Source: Eukaryota sp. GEM-RC1 (lineage: Eukaryota). Taken from it: 64,000 nucleotides of DNA. Position numbers and translations under genes: made by a program. The notes under the pieces were generated by a model. That model did no database searches and was not told where the DNA came from. It saw nothing but the letters and a program-made list of their open reading frames with translations. This document shows, in pieces, positions 11,541 through 24,000 of this stretch. The DNA lies in assembly GCA_040285855.1 (NCBI GenBank), contig JAUFOQ010000004.1, positions 496,001 to 560,000 on the forward strand, read 5' to 3'. How positions within the stretch are numbered: position 1 is the stretch's first letter; each line of letters starts with the position of its first letter.

Positions 11541-12578
11541 CTATCCACTTCTTTTATATTTTACACACAAGACAAATTATGAAATTCTCCCAAAGCGAAA
11601 GTAGTAATGTCATCAATGAAATATGTCGTGACATTCTACGGCAGTGTACTTTTCTCCTATGAAAAGTATACTATAGTATAGCTTTATGTGTAGTGTCTAG
11701 AGAACCGTTACAAAGCAGAAGACGAAATCCAGTTTAATGTCGTTGAGCTATTTACTGCTGCAAACATTGACCAACAAAAGAAAAATTATCCTTGGATAGA
11801 AATCATGCTAATGAACTAAAGTTATGTACAGACAAAACTAGTATGTACGTGTGAGAGTGTAAGTTTGTATCCACCCATTTTCCCCCTGACGATTGTACAA
11901 ATATTAATAGGTGTACATCCTAGAATTACACATCATAAAAACATTCTCATCATATCACACTATAGAATTTCCGTCTGAAGTAGAGTAACAAACGTGTTCA
12001 ATCTCCAAAACCTTGTACACTGCTTTAAGGTAGTTCAGTTCTCAGTATATGACAAGGACACAAGGAAAGAGTGGTTCCCAAAGTGGTTACCAACTTGTAC
12101 TAAAGCAGTCGACCTCTGTTCAGAGTTGAGTTCTTTTCAAATTCAGTTCATCGACTCGCTGTATCAGAGTAATAATAAATCGCTAGAGGAAAAGACCAGA
12201 TAAAGATGGAATATATCTGCTTTCATTTTCTCAAAGATGACGAGTCAAAAAACCGTGAACTAACGTTGTTTCTCTTTGCCATTTTATAAAACTACATTTG
12301 TATAAGATAAACAAATGAACTTGTCCAAAAGGTCTTTGTGCTTCAATTGTTTTCAATTAAGTTGATGAAAACTAAATTGATCATTCAATTTGTGTAAACG
12401 TACAATCCAATTGGTTTAAAGCCCAAAAGTAAAAATTGTTTAAAGACTGACATTAGGTAGATATAGTGAAAACAAAGCCGTTCCTTGATTTATAAAATAC
12501 AATGAATAAATAGTTTAAATCTAAAATACAGTAAGTAAATAGAAACACAATGCCAAAAACAATGCCAAGTGGCAATCA

Positions 12579-13895
12579 TTAAAAGGTCTCTGCCATTGTT
12601 TTATACCTACCCTTAAAAGAAGGACTAGATCCACCCCCTATAGTACTACTAATTGAGTAATCCCCTGGACCAACACTACTCCTAGTATGTTTCCTTGATC
12701 CAATAGAAGATCCTCTTCCACCCATTGAATAAGAAGGACTGCTCTTACAAGTGAAGGAGGAAGTAGGGGAGTACATTTGAGGATCAGGGGAGGATTCCAG
12801 CCGTTTGTCTTCATATCTTCCCTGCAGAGAGAAACTGGGGGACGACTTGAGAGTTCCGTGAGATGAAGGTGAGTAAGCATTGGCAGCGGGAGTAGAATGA
12901 GAGGTGGAGGTCTTGTGTCTACCAGTCATTGAGAACCCCTTGCTCTTACTGAAAGTAGAAGGTGAGCTGTAATCACCAGGGGCAGTTGGATTGACAAAGG
13001 TACCAACACTGATAGGACGCCTAGACCTCAGAGTGTACGAAGGGGACTTGCTACGAAGAGTACTATCGTCTATTTTATATGCCCCCACACCAGGAGTATG
13101 CATTGAGGATTTAGAAGTAGCTGATCTCCCCTTCATACTGTAGGCTGGAGAAGATCCAATGGTGCTGGAGATGTTGTACTCTGGACCGGGAGTTGTAGTG
13201 GATGAAGTTAAGGTCCTAGGTTTTCCAGACATAGTGTAGGATGGAGGGGACTTCAGGTAGGCGTTGGAATTGGGAGAATAACTGGTTGGATCGGGAGATG
13301 ATTGACTAGAGGTCTTTTGAGACGGTCTTCCTTTCATAGAGTAAGAAGGAGTTGAAGATCCAGGTTTAGTGGAAAGATTGGCTAGCTCACCGTTTGAGGA
13401 GTGAATGGACTTAGGAGCTTTAGGTTTGCCTGTGAGGGTATATGAAGGAGCTTTGCTAGAAGTGAATGAAGATCCTTTAGAAAGATCGTAATCTCCAGGT
13501 GCAACGTTGTTTGAGGATGAAGATGGTTGTTTAGTTCTTCCGGCTAGTGACGGTCCTTTGTTTGATTGAATAGTCGATTTTAGATCATATGCTCCAGGAC
13601 CAGGAACAGGTTTTCGAAAAGTAGATTCAGCTGAAGGACGAGCTTTCATGGAATATGCTGGACTTCGATTAAAAGTGCATTGTGTAGTGTTGTAAGCACC
13701 AGGACCAGGATTGACAGTCTTTGTTGAAGTTTGATAGCGGCCTTTCATTGAATAAGAAGGACAACTCGTCCCAGGCTCTGATCGAACGTTATAGTCTGTC
13801 ATGTGAGACTGGAAGTCAATTGATGTAACACTTTTGGTTCTCAAAACTGTTTTTATTATTTCTTATTAACAATCACCATTACTGACACGTGTCAT
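12579..13895 (-). CDS. ODF3/SHIPPO-repeat (PGPGxY) axonemal protein; probable 30-nt intron at 13847-13876
   Basis: About a dozen SPxYSMKGR...PGPGAY repeats; GTGATT...AACAG joins the exon MTRVSN in frame; start site uncertain. Confidence 0.85.
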
Positions 13896-15056
13896 TTATT
13901 GTGAGCCTTTATCGTCCTTTGTTTTTCTGAAGACATAATCTTCTCTATCAATATTCAATAGCCATTTTTTATTGATTTTGATTTTTTTTAAAACCATTGA
14001 ATCATTTAACATCAAATGACATTGTAATGGATCAAATATTGATACATATCAAGCAAGTCTTTTTAATTGACATCGAATTGATTTTTGTAGTATTCTCAAA
14101 TGCCAGAACCTTTTTTTTGTTAATTTGACCGAAATATACAACATAAAGATACACATAACTTTCGATAACATTTTTCTATAACTGAAATTGTTGATTTTCA
14201 AAATGATCTTGATTATCAGATTTGCAAGTCTTAGAGGTAGCAACGGACAAGTTTTTTAGTCAGTGATTCTCTATTCACTATGATTAAAAGTACATTTGTT
14301 CACGCTGCTAGTACGTGCACACTTCGATTTATGCAACTACAGTGGCTTGTCTAAGTTGTTTCACTGAGAGTTACCTTCAGATAACTTGTCTTCATCAATG
14401 TGGGAATTTGTTTAGTTTCTCTGAGACGAATTATCTGATGCAAATTGGATGAATGAAACTTTTTGAAAGAGTAGTTTTCTGCTCATGATCTTATTGAATG
14501 ATCAATAGTCATGTAATTGAACTTTATCTTGCTGTATTTTTGTTAGGAGAAAAACTACAGTAGTGATTGTTGGGTTTTATAGTCCCATAAAAACACTGAG
14601 GATATTTTCCAATAAACCCGAACAACGGGGTATAAATGAGTGACGTTCCATTGTCTATCAAAATCAAAAGAGAATTCACGTCCAGCCATCTACTGTCAGA
14701 AATTCTATCAAAATACAGCAGCTCATGGAATTGTCTTCGTTGGTGGTAATTACATATGGGTCCTGAGCAGGGATACGTGAGATGAGAGTAGTTCGTACTA
14801 ATAGGGTACATTAGGAATCAAACGGTGTGTAGAGTTTATTTGGAGTGTAGTTCTGCTGGGAATGGGTTATTTTGGAATTAGTCTCAGTAATACTAATTTT
14901 ATGTTGAAACTTATTTGCTGATGAGACTACAATGAGATGTAATTAGACAGACGAGTGTAGTAGTTAGTCATTAAGTTCAGTTCACAGAGAATGAACTGTA
15001 CTAATAAATATTCCCAAAAGTAGTCTACTAGTAGGAACCAATGTGTGCAAATCTTT

Positions 15057-15591
15057 GGTACGTGCTGAACGTACCGTACCGATGTCATTTGATTTTATAA
15101 AAAGCCCTGTTTACGAATGATCTAAATGTATTTACAAATACTATTTTTTTTTAGTGGAGATTCATTGCCTCGTCAAACACTGTACTACTACAATTTGCTC
15201 CTGCATCTTCTAATCGTTTCGAAATACACTCTTTGGGTTTTGGGGCTTTTTTTCATTGTTACATCTCGTATCAGTCACTCGTTAGATGCACTGTGAGTCG
15301 AGGACGCCACTATTGTTGATTGTTGATTTCATGCGATTTCTGGGCTTTGTATATACCATTTTCACTTTGGGACAGTTGTGGCCATCAAATGATGTACCCC
15401 AAAATTTGAATAAGTGTGACAATCGTGATCTAGATGTCATCAGCTATGTTCAACGGTAGAATGTATGACGATGGTAACTATTAAAATCTCACATTGGATT
15501 ATCATGTTCAAAATAGAAATATTATATTTTAGTCGGTCAAAAGTACAGCACCGGTACATGTACCGTACGTACGTACGGTACGGAACGCCTA
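15057..15591. mobile_element. Degenerate MITE with GTAC/GTACC repeats
   Basis: gtaccgtacc clusters at both ends; right end GGAACGCCTA (TAGGC-type); left TIR decayed. Confidence 0.4.
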
Positions 15592-15844
15592 TAATCGCCG
15601 CGGTAAAGAACATTTGAGTTCCATATAGGAATTATATATGACCTTATTTTTGCGTTGTTTCGTTCAATGCACAGATAATTTTATTCAATTTTAGGTAAGT
15701 TGTTCGGTAGTGGACAGAAGGATCATAGTTTAGATACTTTAGTTAGTGTCTGTTATTAACTTCTGCAAAATGCATTAATTTGACTGATTGATTAAACCCC
15801 TTTTTTTAGAAGACCTTTTTTTACAATACTAGTATCTTCTTTAG

Positions 15845-16751
15845 ATGTCTTCTTTGGTCTTCATCAATCAGCTTTCCGGACACCATTCAGACAAACTTGC
15901 ACCCTGGTTTTCTGGTGAACATGAACAAAACCTTATTTGTAACATTGAATCCGACATGACAATCCCCTCTAATCTATCTTCGTTTCAATCTATTGTTCTT
16001 TGCGGAGGAGATGACACAATCCGTAAAGTGGTACAACTGCTTCTCCAGTCTCATAGTCCAAAAGATATTCCAAACATATTCATCTTTCCATCTGGTACTG
16101 TGAACGACCTCTGTCGTGTTTTGGACATCCCTTTAAATCACAGAAAAGCATTGTCACTTTTCCACTCAGGTCAACACATTGTCAATGTTGACTATGGTAT
16201 AGGTACCAATCTTTCAGAAGATGAACCATCTAAACAAGTCCTCTTCTTCTCTAGATGTTCTACGGGGTTTCTGGTCAACCTCCAACGTCGTGTCTTTGCG
16301 ACTTCTCTCCCGTCTTCGAGTTTTTCTTATTACAAAAGCGTTTTACCTGCCTTTGTTTCTGTTGAGCCTGTTGATTACATAATAAAAGCAGATGATGCTA
16401 TCCTTCATCGAAGAAGTATTGGTATTATTGTTACTAACTCAAACTTTATGGGTGGTCTGAAATGGGCTTCATCAGATCAGATTAACTGTGGAGATGGGTA
16501 TTTAGATTTACTAATCTATACTGCAGAGAGTCTGTTTGAAAAAGTGAAGTTGTTGAGGGGGATTTTTTGGGGGTTTTGATCACGTAGCAGAGCACATTAG
16601 AGTAAAAACTGTTCAAATTCTAGAACCAGTAGGTCATGACGTGTTAGTTGATGGAGAGCTGGAGTTAAAAACTCCTTGTTCGATTTCTGTGTCCAATAGT
16701 TCATTGAAATTTTTGTGTGGTAAACCAATTCCACGAAATTCAACATCCTAA
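15845..16751 (+). CDS. Diacylglycerol/lipid kinase family (YegS/DgkB-like); +1 frameshift at ~16560-16579
   Basis: VLCGGDDT, PSGTVNDL, NSNFMGG, DGYLDL; the continuation frame gives ...VLVDGE...LKFL. Confidence 0.85.
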
Positions 16752-17042
16752 TTGGATTTTTAGTAAGTAGGAGACTGTGGAGATATGTTTTAACTCGTTT
16801 TTTTAATTTTGGTTTGATATCCTGTCGTTGTTTGGTGTAAATTGTAAGTACTTGTGTGTTACGACTTTAGTCGTTTATTCCAATCAACTAAGGCCCAGAG
16901 TTTTTACCAGAAACAATGAATAATAATGAAGGAAGATCTAGATGTTTTGTGAAAAGGGAAAAAGATGATGAAGTTTCCCTGCCCTCACCAAAGGCCGTTT
17001 TAAGTGACAGGCTCTTGGTCCGGAACTGTTCTGTTTCTTAAC

Positions 17043-18045
17043 ATGACTCTCCACACAGAGGAAATCATTACTGTATCATCACAACCAATTGATACTCCAT
17101 CGACTTGTTCTCTTAAATTGGCTCCGCTTTTGCCGTTGTCTGATGTAGTGTCTCAACCATTTCTTCTGTTAGACGATCCTTCCTTCACTTACACAATAGG
17201 CCGAAATGTAGACTGCAGTCTTTGCATTAAGGATCCTTCTTGTACAATCTCTCGTGTACACTGTAAAATACGTTTTTGTCATGGTTCTTGGAAGATCTTC
17301 GACAAATCTCTAAATGGAATCCTGGTTAATGCACAAAAGGTTAAATCTTCGGTTCTTCAATTAGGCTGTATTCTAACACTTGGCGCTGGCACGCAGGATT
17401 ATGACGACGAGGAGATCGTTTCTTTTCTTGTTTCCGATCCAAACTCTCCTACCAAATCAGACACCCCCCAGTAGGACAAAAAGGTTAAATTCATCTCCAA
17501 AACAGAACAAGAAGCAGCCCCGTTTAGTTGACGAGATTGACTCAGACTGTGGTGATTCTTCTTCTTCAAAAGTTGTACAGGCTTCTTCTGTTCCTCCTAT
17601 TGATTTACCTCATTCTAGAGCTCGGTGTAGTATATGTCTCGAGATTTTTGCAGATCCACTTACTGTCAATTGCGGTCATTCATTCTGCAGTGTTTGTATA
17701 CTTGTTTGTCTCATTCAATCGCAAAGCCAACGACCTAGTTGTCCTCTCTGTCGCACTGAAATCACCTCCACCCCTGCAAGAGCTCGAGATTTGTCTGATA
17801 TGATCAATGATTTTATCAAGCCCTGTTTACCTTTAGAGGAGCAACAAATGCTAGAACAACGATTGGAAGATGCTGCCAGTTTAAAGTTGTGTAAGATGGT
17901 CAGAAGATCTGTATTAAAATATCAACGATGTATGAAATGTGTCGAATGTTGGGAGCCAATTAAAGACCCGATATTTCTAGAAGTTGCCAAAAATTCATAC
18001 TCACATTTTGCCTGCATCTACAAGTCTTCGATTTGTGAACAATAA
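17043..18045 (+). CDS. FHA-RING E3 ubiquitin ligase (CHFR/RNF8-like) with a C-terminal Cys/His finger; +1 frameshift in C6 at 17464-17469
   Basis: FHA motifs IGR...ISRVHC...DKSLNGILVN; RING CSICLE...CGHSFCSVC...CPLCR. Confidence 0.88.
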
Positions 18046-18069
18046 ATAATCAAAAATCTCCCACTAGCA

Positions 18070-18905
18070 TTACTTTGCAATAACGTCACTATAAGGACAA
18101 TTAATTGGAGGTTGAACAGCAGGTAAAACGTCATTGCTGTTCAGTTGATACGACATATCTGAATCATATGAAGATAAATCTCCACAAGACAAAAGCGGTA
18201 GAAGTTTCTTCGTTTCTTCAGAGAATCTAGAAATTGATTCTTCATCTCTTAGTAGAGGCGACACATAATCAGCTGGAGGTCGATAGTTCAGACAAACAAC
18301 AAAGGCTTCAAGTGAAGAGTTACGTGACGACCGCGGCTTAACAATGTGTACGTTTTCAAAGAGTTGCATGAGGTGAGAAAGCAAAGTAATTGGACATACG
18401 AAAGCTGGGTATAGAGAATAGAGACAGCTCTACCTCTAAAGATCTTCGCCACGAAATTACCACCGTGACGTAAAACTGCCGTGGCGATATCAAGTGCTGA
18501 GGAAACTAGAGTACTTTGGAGATACTGATCAAGAATCTCCAGTCCACTAACATCAGGAGCACCATCAGACACTACAAGGTCAGCTTGACCATTGAGTAAT
18601 TCTATGGTCTTAAGAGCAGTAGAACGTGATGTAATATCGCCTTGAAGAAGTGTGACACCATCAATAGGAGCCATTTCGTTTAGATCTACACTGACAATAC
18701 GCCTGTCAAGGGAGGAAGGAATTCGAGAAGCAAGAACTTGAGAAAAAGAGCCAGGAGCCGCACAAAGATCAACAGCTCGAGTGACATTGTTCAGAATGGA
18801 ATAAGTTTCGTCAATCTGGATGAGTTTGAAGGCACTACGTGCACGATAGTTTTGTTCTTTAGCAAGTCTGTAGTACACATCACGTCTATCTTTACTTCGA
18901 GACAT
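18070..18905 (-). CDS. TRM7: tRNA (C32/G34) 2'-O-methyltransferase Trm7/FTSJ1; 32-nt intron at 18368-18399
   Basis: [60 protein letters not shown]. Confidence 0.95.
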
Positions 18906-19431
18906 AGATGTCAGATAATAGTGACAAGGTTAGATCACTGGAGGGAGAGGTACAAGGAAATTACTACCTAGACCAGACTGAAATTTGTTGGTCTGGTCTG
19001 CTTTCTTGTAACGGTTTCATCACAAGATGAATTCAGTTCAAACAGCGTTTACGTTACGGCCGCATACATCCACACTTTTTGCAAGTGAGTTAAACGTGTT
19101 TTACAACCGCTAATTCCCAGTTGAACTCTGGAGAACGCTAACGGTTCCAGCTTGTCTTTACCGGTTTGATGACCCAGTTGTACTCTGAGAGCTAATAGTC
19201 GTGTGACGGAAAAAAGCAACTTAATAATTGTATTTCTTCTATTATATTATTTCTATCTGTCACTGTACCTTATCTACTGTAGATTCTTCATCTTTCACTC
19301 AACCTCAAACTTTCACGGAGCTGGGTTTCTCAGGATATGGGCTTTCTTTAGATGAGCTATCAGATTTCGTAACTCTCCAATCGTATTCTAAAAGGCAGTT
19401 CGTCAAGGAAGTTTGTGGATGTAGGCCAGTT

Positions 19432-19859
19432 AAGATTCATGTATGAAATACGTTTCCGTACGTGCCGGTCAAGTTCCTCCATGTCCTTCTCAATGTGAAG
19501 ATGGATCTGCTCTTAAGATGTACAAGGCTACTGGTGCTTATGACGTTTCCTCTGCTGAACCAGCAATCATGACTGAAATCCAAAAGTACGGTTCCGTTGA
19601 AGTAGGATTCTCCGTCTACTCCGATTTCATGTCTTACAAATCTGGTATCTATCATCATAAAACTGGTTATCTCCAAGGTGGACATGCCGTCAAGATCATT
19701 GGTTGGGGTGTTGAAAACGGTCAAAAGTACTGGTTAGTTGCTAACTCCTGGGGAACTGGATGGGGTGAATCAGGTTACTTCCGTATCCGCCGTGGTGTTA
19801 ACGAATGTAACATTGAATCTATGGTCACTGCCGGACGTGCTGGATCTGTACCCAATTAA
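19432..19859 (+). pseudogene. 3' partial duplicate of cathepsin B (lacks signal peptide, propeptide and catalytic Cys)
   Basis: Near-identical to the C-terminal half and 3' UTR of 37525-38438; GGHAVKIIGWG and YWLVANSW; homology starts abruptly at ~19432. Confidence 0.85.
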
Positions 19860-19964
19860 TCAATTTTGAGTGTTTTGTATAAAAATGTCTGGAATTTTGT
19901 CGCAATCTCTGCAGTACATTATCATCATAATATGTTTTCGTTTGTTTCACAAGCGACCATAATT

Positions 19965-20500
19965 AGAGAGATGTTTATTCGGCACCCAATAAGGTAACCT
20001 TTCTACAAACTATGAAATTGTAAAAACAAACAAATAATACTAAGATTAAATCCAAACGACTTCATCACCACCCGGTAAAAGATTACGTTTATCTACATGA
20101 ACCTTCACACCAAACTTGTACAATTTCTCAATTAATCTAGAGAAATAGAAAGGCATATTCCGATATATGGAAAACACTATACGGTTTTTCCATTCAGCCA
20201 TTCTAAACTTACGCTTCTTTTCTTTACACAATTCTTCGAAATCCTTGAAAAATTGATCACCAGCAGGACTAATAGATCCAAAAGAGAAACAGCAAAAGGT
20301 TGAAACACAAATTTGGAATATGAGTTTCTATTTAATTCTTCTACTTGAGAGTCATACTTGGTGTGTTTGAGCTTTTCAGCTGCTGTTAATGGATTAAAAG
20401 AAGAATCTAATATCCTACTAACACAAGATTTGTTACATACATCTACTGTAGTAAAATCCATTAATGCTTGACTCGATTTAAGCCACGGAGTATGTAGATC
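19965..20500 (-). mobile_element. Short RLE retroelement copy, family C
   Basis: TSD (C)GACCATAATT (19954-19964, 20500-20510); DFTTVDV...AEKLKHTKY...FQPFAVSL; (TC)n tail. Confidence 0.92.
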
Positions 20501-21002
20501 GACCATAATTTGTTGTCTATCAGTGTTTTAAAACAGATGTAGCCACTTATTAACGTGGGTCCAATTGTAGATGAATCGAATTGTTAATTGTAATTCAGCT
20601 CATTCTCTTGTGGTTATGGCATTGCTGAAACAATTCTCTAAAGATCTTTGGTCAAACAATTGCGATATAAATGTATTGGCGCATACATGTCTGACATTGA
20701 ATACTGTTGGTGATTAAGAACGTCCGAAAACAACATTCAGTATCCCTTTAGTTCATTTATTTTCTTATTTTTGTACAGTACTGTACCTATTTCCGACATG
20801 TTCAATAAAAGTATTGATATTCTTGAATGGTGGACTTATCAGAATGAAGAGTACAGAGTTGTAAGACAGGTTCACATGTGTTACAAACCTGTGACAGGTC
20901 AAACTGAAGCTACAGCGATCAAATAGAATTGTGAAATGTTTATAGGAAACATCTCCAGTAAAAAACTATGTAACTAAAATGAACGATAAACTGCTGTACT
21001 AA

Positions 21003-24000
21003 CTAAAAGATGCTCAAGGATATAACATAAGAGACACTGATAACAGTAAAGAAACTAAGAATATAACGCTCAATAAAAACCGCACTGAAAGTCAAGAGCA
21101 ATAGAATTATTGTTTGAAATACCAAAAACAACAACATACTTGAACTAGAGGCCAAAAGGAGTAAAATATAGGCCAACAATGGAATAAAGTTAACATACTC
21201 TTTAAACTGAATTAGTAAAATAATGATGACGAAAATAGCATGGGCAATCATTAATCGAAAATCACTGAGTGACATTGATTCTACAACGAAATGCTGGTGA
21301 CTTACACCATAAATGAAATTTAAAGATACCATAGCAGCTACATTAATAAAAGAACTATTGTAAAATTTAAAATAGTTGAGTCTTTTGACCCCAAACCTGG
21401 AGCAAATAGACGAAGAAAAGGATTTACGATTGTAGTAGTAAGAGGACAGAATAGACAAAGACATCATCAACAAAACACAAAAAAAGTAATTGTTATAGTC
21501 GAATTGGAACAAAGAAAAAGAAATTCCAACAAAACAAGAATAAATGTTAAAGCTTTTGAAAAATAAGGGACACTGAAAAAGGAAAATTAACATATAATTG
21601 GTAAAATTTGAATCGGTTTTTAAAATAGTTACAATTTCCAATTGAGAAACGTCACTTGCACTCCATTGGGAAGCAAACTTCTTTTTCATTTCTAGTAATT
21701 TTGATAGAGATTGATCGGTTTTGAAAACGACACCAAGAAATACCATAAGAACTAAAATCTTAACTAACACGAGTTCTTTTCCAATACAATAAATCCGAGT
21801 AGAAACAGCATCAGAAGTACAGTATTGACAGGATTTACCAAATGCGTGTGGTGATCTACATTGATTGGATTCACAACTGTACCAAAAGAACATTCATCGA
21901 GCTTTAAACTAGCATTATTCAGCATAAATCCAGGTACTATTCCAGTCAAATTTCCGTATCCACATTCAGCTAAATGAGGACAAGGTGAACAAGAATCTAC
22001 AGAATCTAGAGTGTTGAAAGGACAAATACAATGGTCAATATCACTAGAACCTTCTTGAAGAGTAATTCTAGGAAAATGACATGATCTACATTCTGTGTTG
22101 AACTTTGAACTTGAGTAGTAATTTACTGGACAAGGAGCACATTGACCAGTAAAGTCGAGGTACATTCCATCCACACAGAAACACCCAAATCCAGCATTGA
22201 TTTTGGGATAAGCACAATCATTAATCGGTACAGTGACAGAAGCAGTAGAATCCAAATAGGAAAGAGTTAACGTTACTGATTGCAGCGGTAAGTCAACAAC
22301 TTGAATAGAAGTTCTACTTATTAGATATACAAACTGTGCTTCTAAAGACTCAATTGCGACGTCGAAAACAGACAAATATTGAGAATTATTAAATAATGCA
22401 AGCTGAGTAACGTGTAGGATTGAAAGTTCGATAGACGTACATGAATTGTCAAAAACAATTGCAAATCGCAGGGTTTAGCTTTCATTACCTCGACAGTAAG
22501 AAATTCTTCATAAATTTGAATAATTGCTAAATTGAAAATGAAATAATCGTCACAGAACAGAAGCTCAATAACGTGATCATTAATATGAAAACCTGACTGG
22601 GACAAAAAGTCAAATAGGAAGGAGTTAACTCAGCATCAGAAAAGCTAAAAGTTGATGAAACAATCGAAAAATCACCAACACAATCAACAACAAATCCAAT
22701 CGCATCAAGACAAATCACTGGAATCGATATCCTATCAGACTTTCTATCAAATTCTACGATATTTGATATCAAATCAATTTGAGTGGCATTTGATGGAGTA
22801 AAGCTCAGAGTGAATGGTACATAGGAGTAATAGCAATTGGAAGAAATCAAAAACCCATTGTATCTCAAATAGGAAAGTGACGTCATAGTGATTGAATCGC
22901 TGATTGATGAGTAAAATTCTTCAAACGTACTATACTGACGGTCATCAAATTCAAACAACACTTGTTCAGCAATTGATTGGCCAGATGATGTGATACCTGT
23001 GCCAATATCTACAGGTTTCAAACAGGATCCTGTTGAATACCCATAAAACTCAACTTCTAATAAATAAAGGGTTTGGAAGAAGGAAAACTCAAGATAAGAT
23101 ACTTCTAATAAATCTATATCTATTGCACACATTCGTACAAATTCAAATCCACTAGGTATTTGTTGACAATGTGATGAAACTGGAATGGTTTCGTTTTGAG
23201 TAATGATTTCTAAGTTAAGCGTAAGTAAGTCCAAATAACAACTACCATTAGTAGTAATAACTATTTTTAAAATATCAACATGTTTGTCAAAATTAAAATG
23301 AACGTTCGATGTCGGTGAAAGAAACTCACCACAAAAAGAAGCTTCAAGAGTACAGCACCGTGAACCATCAAATATTAAAGTTTTGTCAATATTTGACGAG
23401 ATAAATGTCGAGTCAATTAGAGGCATATCAGATAATGGCAGATAACAAATTTCCTGAATGAAAGCTTCACCAAGAACAACAAGGGAATTAACGTATAAGT
23501 GATTGTGAAAAACAGAAACCAACACAAAAGGCTCATATGTAATCAATATTGAATTTTTACAGAAAAATCGACCATTAACAATATATGCATCAAAAGTTTG
23601 TCCCTGAATTGAACAAACAAATTCTGATTCAAGAAGTCCTAAAAAGTCAACACGAAGATCACGTGCTTCATAGACACTAAGAGAATTGACTGATGAAAGT
23701 CGAACATTGAAGACTCTAATTACTACAACTTCTTGATCGTTGTAACCGTCGTGTTGCCAAGTCAAAGCTAACAAACCCTCACCAAAAGAAAAAGAAAAAG
23801 AAGATAGATTAAAAACAATACTGTACTGGTAAGGAAAAGATGAAAAGGGATCATAATTAAAATCTTCTGAGAAAGTGGAAATTAGAGATGAATTGAGATG
23901 AAACTGGGAATTGAGAGGACTAAGTGATTGAACTGAAATGTCTACGATAACATCATTTAAAGTAGTGTAGGTAAGATGAGAATTGACAGTAAAAAGCGGG

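Noticed and set aside
14524..14811. 95-aa ORF (similarly 44638-44856, 41360-41680 and 63291-63473)
   Set aside because: Coding-like, but no recognisable motif and broken by stops; cannot support a call
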